Source: Desulfobacterales bacterium
GTDB lineage: Bacteria; Desulfobacterota; Desulfobacteria; Desulfobacterales; UBA2174
DNA length: 64,000 nt
NCBI GenBank assembly: GCA_963668645.2
Contig: CAXXWC010000022.1
Span: 81,816 to 145,815, forward strand
Direction: 5' to 3'
Position numbers and translations under genes: made by a program. Below the pieces are notes generated by a model, which ran no database searches, had not been told where the DNA came from, and saw nothing but the letters and a program-made list of their open reading frames with translations. Positions within the stretch are counted from its first letter, which is position 1, and each line of letters opens with the position of its first letter. Positions 59,190 through 64,000 of this stretch are shown here, piece after piece.

Positions 59190-60317
59190 CTATTTAAGCA
59201 TGAAGCTCCAAAGGATCCCGGCGCAAGTGGCCGATCCGATGACTCCGGAGGAGTTGCAGGCCATGGCGGTCATGAGCAGGTAGTTGGTCGGATCGGCTTT
59301 GAGGCCCTGCAAGTGAACCTCGCGGGCCGATCCCGGCACGGCCGAAACCCCGGCCGCCCCCAAGAGGGGATTGATTTTGTTTTTCATGAAAAGGTTCATG
59401 ATTTTGGCGAAGATGATCCCCGAGGCGGTGGCCACCGAAAAGGCCGCTGCGCCGAGGCAGAAGATCATAATCGAGCGGCCGACCAGAAAGACATCGGCCT
59501 GGGTGCTGGCCCCCACGGTGAGCCCGAGAAAGATGGTGGCCGCGTCGATGATGGCGTTGCGCGCGGTGCCGGCCAGGCGTTCCACCACCCCGCACTCTTT
59601 CATGAAGTTGCCGAAAAAGAAGGGTCCCAGCAAGGGGATGGATGTGGGCGCCAGCATGCAGCAGACCAGCACGCCGATGACCGGAAAGAAAAGCAGTTCC
59701 TTGCGCGACACCTCCCGCGGTTCATACATGTGGATGCGCCGTTCCTTTTCGGTGGTCAACAGCCGCATGATGGGCGGCTGGATTACCGGGATCAAGGCCA
59801 TGTAGGAATAGGCGGCGATGGCGATGGGGCCGATGAGGTGGGGCGCCAGCTTGGCGGTCAGAAAGATCGAAGTCGGTCCGTCGGCTCCGCCGATGATGCC
59901 GATGGAGGCGGCCTCTTCAGGAAGGAAACCGAGATAAAGGGCGCCGATGAAAGTGGTGAAGATCCCCATCTGGGCCGCCGCTCCGAGCAGCATCAGTTTC
60001 GGATAGGCCAAAAGCGATGAAAAGTCGGTCATCGCCCCCAGGCCGAGGAACACGATGGACGGATAGAGGCCGGTGGTGACGCCGAAATAGAGATAGTGCA
60101 GCACGCTGTTGGATTCGTAGATGCCGATGCCGAAGCCGCGAAAGAACGGGATGTTGCCGATGATGATGCCAAAACCGATGGGTACCAGCAGCAGCGGTTC
60201 ATAATGTTTGGCCGTGGCCAGATAGACGAAGAGCACCCCGACGGCCAGCATGATCAGGTTGCGGTAGTCTGCCAGAAAAAAACCGGTGTTATTGAGAAAC
60301 GAAAGAAATAGGTCCAT
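59190..60317 (-). CDS. oadB: Na+-translocating decarboxylase beta subunit
   Basis: YEPLLLVPIGFG, IGIIGGADGPT, AAYSYMALIP, GAAGVSAVP. Confidence 0.93.
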   Translation of the reverse strand: MDLFLSFLNNTGFFLADYRNLIMLAVGVLFVYLATAKHYEPLLLVPIGFGIIIGNIPFFRGFGIGIYESNSVLHYLYFGVTTGLYPSIVFLGLGAMTDFSSLLAYPKLMLLGAAAQMGIFTTFIGALYLGFLPEEAASIGIIGGADGPTSIFLTAKLAPHLIGPIAIAAYSYMALIPVIQPPIMRLLTTEKERRIHMYEPREVSRKELLFFPVIGVLVCCMLAPTSIPLLGPFFFGNFMKECGVVERLAGTARNAIIDAATIFLGLTVGASTQADVFLVGRSIMIFCLGAAAFSVATASGIIFAKIMNLFMKNKINPLLGAAGVSAVPGSAREVHLQGLKADPTNYLLMTAMACNSSGVIGSATCAGILWSFMLK

Positions 60318-60320
60318 CGT

Positions 60321-60737
60321 TTAGTCTTCCTGCGTGACTGCGGCTTCGGATTTCCAGGTAAACGCTCCACCACCCTCGGGGTGCAAGATCCCTCGATGTT
60401 GCAGGCGAGAAAGGCTCAGATGGGGGTGGGGGATGTCATTCTCACGGCAGAGGCGGTAGAGTTCGGCAAGTTGAAAAGGCTCGCCCAGCTTGGCGACCAA
60501 GGGCTTGATCTGGGTGGCGATATCCTTCTTGCCGGGCTTTTCGGCCGTTTTGCCCGGTTGCGGTGGCGCCGGGGCGCCAGGTTGCTGCGAGACCGTCTGT
60601 TTTTCTAATAATTTTAAAATCCTTGGCAATTGGGAGATGAAAAAAGAAAGCACTGCCAAGCCGGCAAAAACAATACTGGCGCCCAACACCGCGATCATCC
60701 AGCCGTTGTAATGGGCGACTGCCGCAAAACCGGTCAA
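60321..60737 (-). CDS. OadG-like gamma subunit
   Basis: N-terminal LGASIVFAGLAVL TM helix and Pro-rich linker; directly upstream of oadB. Confidence 0.75.
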   Translation of the reverse strand: MTGFAAVAHYNGWMIAVLGASIVFAGLAVLSFFISQLPRILKLLEKQTVSQQPGAPAPPQPGKTAEKPGKKDIATQIKPLVAKLGEPFQLAELYRLCRENDIPHPHLSLSRLQHRGILHPEGGGAFTWKSEAAVTQED

Positions 60738-60948
60738 GATGCACCTTCCTCATGGGATGCGGCCTGACCATTACCCCGGAGCTTTGGGGGACGGCCGGCA
60801 CGCTCTGTCCGGACTTAAAAGTTTCAGCTTGCGAAGCCATCCGGCCGAACATCCACAAGCCATTGGAATAGAAGATAAACATTCCATTCTTTCCTCTCTT
60901 TCAAGAAAAGGACGGAAAATTTCCGTAGAGCATATTTCTTAGCGCTTG

Positions 60949-61542
60949 TCAACGACTGTTGATCGCCAGTCCCCTGGGCCGGGCGAACGCCATGATGCGG
61001 GCCGGATCGAATTTCCCAGCCAGGTAGAAGCTGCGGAAGGCATCGTCGTCGAGCAATTCCAGGACATAACTCACCGGGCCGCAGTAGCCGTTGCGATCGA
61101 GGTGCTGGAGTTCGGCGACCGCGTCCCGGGCCAGCTCCACGCTCCGGCGGTGGACCGTAGGCCCTTGACCCGTGCAAGGGTGCAGAGAGTAGAGCTGGCG
61201 GCAGGAGAAGGGACGCCAGGCGTAGATGGCACAGCTGTCGTTTTTTTGCAGAAACGGACAGCGCAGAAATCCGCCCTCGCGGCGGCGCAGCCAATCGCGC
61301 GCCAGGGCTTTTTCAAAGGCGGTGCGCCGGGCCTTGGGCAGGCTGTGCAAATAGCCCCGGATCGACATGCCTTCCATGGTGGTGGCGTCCACCCGGCCCA
61401 CCTCGATGCAGCATGCGGCGCAACCGACGCGGCATACGGCCCCGGCCCTGAAGGGGGCCGCCGCGGCATCAAAGCGCTCGTAGACCGCCGCCAGCTGCCC
61501 GCGCATGGTTGCGATTGCCGACCTTTCCCCATCGACTGCCAT
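60949..61542 (-). CDS. YkgJ-like cysteine-cluster protein
   Basis: CRVGCAACC, CPFL..SCAIYAWRPFSCR; AGGAGG RBS. Confidence 0.82.
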   Translation of the reverse strand: MAVDGERSAIATMRGQLAAVYERFDAAAAPFRAGAVCRVGCAACCIEVGRVDATTMEGMSIRGYLHSLPKARRTAFEKALARDWLRRREGGFLRCPFLQKNDSCAIYAWRPFSCRQLYSLHPCTGQGPTVHRRSVELARDAVAELQHLDRNGYCGPVSYVLELLDDDAFRSFYLAGKFDPARIMAFARPRGLAINSR

Positions 61543-61745
61543 GGCTCCTCCTGTCTTGCGCCGTCCGGTGGCCCCCCGCGGGCGTCTTTGAACATCCAAC
61601 CAACAGATTGCTGTGCGAAGGCCAACATGAAGCGTTATTGCTTGCGAATCGGTCGCAACGGCGCTGATGCTTTTCGGTGGTGTGGGCGGTTTTCTTCTTG
61701 CCCGTCCGCCAGGCCGAGGCGTCCGCGCCGTTTGGAAGGCGCCGA

Positions 61746-64000
61746 TCAGTTCGCCGGCGGAACCTGATCGGCGAAATGCCAGGCATCGACGACGGTCTGA
61801 ACCTCCGCCACGCTGGGCGAGGCGAGCAATTGCACGGCGTAGCGTTCGGCGTCAGCAAGGACCAGCCCGGCAAAGAGCCCCTGGAGAATCGGCAGGTAAC
61901 GCGGGTCGACGGAAAAACGCCGCAGTCCGATGCCGAGCAGAAAGGGGGCGAAAGCAGGATCGTGGCCCATCTCGCCGCAGACCGTCACGTCGATTTCGGC
62001 CGCCCGGGCCGCTGCCACCACCCGCTGCAAAGCGCGCAGCACCGACGGGTGCCCGGGCCGGTAATAGGCGGCGACGCGTTCGTTGTTGCGGTCCACGCCC
62101 AACAGGTACTGGATGAAATCGTTGGTGCCGATGGAGAAAAAATCAGCAGCGGCGGCCATTTCGGCGATGATTTCCACCATGGCCGGCGTCTCGACCATGA
62201 CGCCCAGCAAGGGGCGCTTTGCCGGCGCCAGATCCTGGTTCGCCAGTTCGATCATGGCCGGCGTCCACCATGCGCCGGGCCTGGGTGAAATCGTCCAGCG
62301 AGCTGATCATGGGAAAGAGGATCCTTACCCGGTCGGTCCCCCGTGCGGCCCGCAGGATGGCCCGCAACTGCAGGGAAAAAATGTCCGGGTGGTGAAAAGA
62401 AAAGCGGATGGCCCGCAGGCCGAGTTCGGGATTGGCCTCGGGTGCAGCCTCGAGGTATGGCAGGTGTTTTTCGCCGCCCACGTCCAGGGTGCGGAAGGTG
62501 ACCTCGCCGCTGGGCAAGGCCTCGACGATCCGGCGATAGACATTGTACTGCTCTTCTTCGGAGGGAAAGGTGGTGCGTACCAGAAAAGGGAACTCGGTGC
62601 GGTAGAGGCCGATCCCCTCGGCTTTGAGGTCCTGGGCCAGGGAGACTTCACTCAGCAGGTTGATGTTGGCCAGAAGATGGACCCGGACCCCGTCGCCCGT
62701 CTCGGTGCGTTCGCGCATGGCCGGGGCCTGCGCGATGGTTTCGTTGCGGGCGGCGTTGCGCGCTTCAAACCGGAGTACGGTTTCCTGGGACGGGCGCACG
62801 AAAACCGACCCCATGTCCGCGTCCAGCAGGATCGGGGTGCCGTCGGGAACTTTCAGCAGTTCGGGCCGCTCGGCGATCACCAGGGGCAGATGCAGCGAGC
62901 GGGCCAGGATCGACACATGGGACGTCAGCCCGCCGCTGACCAGCACGATTCCGGCCACGTTTTCCGAGGCCAGCTTGAGCACGTCCGAGGGGAAGAGCTC
63001 CGGGGCGATGACGATGCGCCCTTCGGCCAGGCCGCTGTGCTCGGCCGGCTCCTTGTGGAGGTTGTGGAGCAGGCGGCGGGCCAGATCCTCGATGTCCTGG
63101 GCCTTTTCACGCAGATAGGCGCTGGGGCTTTCATCGAAGCGGCGCATGAATTGGCCGGCCACCTGGCGGATGGCTTCGGCCGCCGCCCCCCCCTGGCGCA
63201 CCTTCTTGACCATGGCGCCTAGAAAGCGCTGGTCCTTGAGGATCATGAAGTGGGCTTCGAAGATCAAGGATGCGCTTTCGGGCAGCCGTTCGGCCAGGCC
63301 CTGCTGGAGGGCCCGCAGCTGGCTGATGGTGCGGCGCACCGCTGTCTGGAGACCGGCCAGGGTGTTGTCCAGATCGGGGCTGCCGGCTTCAAATTCAGCC
63401 AGGTCGTGGCGCCGGCCCAGGACGATGGACATGGCCAGGGCAAAGCCGGCCGCGGCCCCGTCCCCCTTGACGAAGTGCAGGCGCTTGATCAGGTCTTCGG
63501 CTTCCGTCGGGGACTGGAGCCGGTCGAAATGAATGATGAGCCGGGCGTTTTCGATGGCCCCGGCCAGCTGGGCGGCGATGGCCCGCAAGGCCATGACGTC
63601 GATCTCGTCGAAATAGTCCGCAGCCTCGTGTTGGACCACCAGTACCCCGATCTTTTCCGGACCGCGTACGATGGGTACGGACAGAAAAGATTCGAAACGA
63701 TCCTCGTGGGCCTTCTCGAAATACTTGAAATTGGGATTGCGGCTGGCCCGGCCTTCGCGGATGGCATGGCCCTGCTGCAAGGTGGCGCCCACCAGCCCTT
63801 CTCCCGGGCGCATCTTGATCTGCCCCACCGCTTCGGGGTTGAGGCCGACGGTGGCGCTGAGCACCAATTGCTGGGCCGCTTCATCCCAAAGATAGATGGA
63901 GCCGACATCCGCGGCCAAGTGGCAGGCGACCAGATCGACGGCTTGCTGGAGAAAGGTTTGGATGTCCGAGCTGTCGATAATCAGCCCGGCCAGGTCGCCG
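61746..64000 (-). CDS. ptsP: GAF-containing PEP-protein phosphotransferase (EI-Ntr), 5' end beyond the window, frameshift near 62265
   Basis: GAF domain, GGLTSHVSILARS, GIGLYRTEF, EANPELGLR; C-terminus MVETPA, FSIGTNDF, CGEMG in another frame. Confidence 0.9.

Noticed and set aside
17412..63222. Many long antisense or alternate-frame ORFs (e.g. 26364-28976, 31122-33689, 52150-53943)
   Set aside because: Shadow ORFs expected at high GC, overlapping well-supported genes and lacking motifs.
1..64000. tRNA or rRNA genes
   Set aside because: No cloverleaf or rRNA-like segment recognised by eye; tRNAscan-SE/barrnap not run.

Overview
Chromosomal segment of a sulfate-reducing deltaproteobacterium (Desulfobacterales-like, inferred from reductive dsrAB-dsrD-dsrN). 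The main discovery is an AT-richer island at about 2.5-16.3 kb that the ORF track does not reveal: a decaying integron. It has a frameshifted, truncated integron-integrase (intI) remnant on the minus strand and an attI-like core at 3191. At least 6-7 plus-strand cassettes follow, delimited by attC sites whose core and inverse-core boxes match pairwise. The array carries three group IIC introns sitting in attC inverse cores (one intact, two fragments) and two IS elements, each with a target-site duplication. Cassette cargo looks defence- or toxin-like: two RxxxxH (HEPN-like) proteins, a His-Me endonuclease, a MazG-like pseudogene and a small membrane protein. A MarR-MFS module also lies inside the array. 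Related GTCAT(T/C)CCG REP-like repeats lie at both edges of the island. The rest is GC-rich core genome: prx, a TOBE protein, a dehydratase activator, DedA, Usp, broken ndh, eptA, a glgC-less glycogen cluster with a eukaryote-type UGPase, ilvE, dapA, dsrABDN, a Dpp-type ABC/saccharopine-dehydrogenase/PrpD operon with an HTH-DctP fusion regulator, oadGB and ptsP. Several core genes carry single frameshifts that may be sequencing errors. All family calls come from motif recognition by eye; no database search was run.
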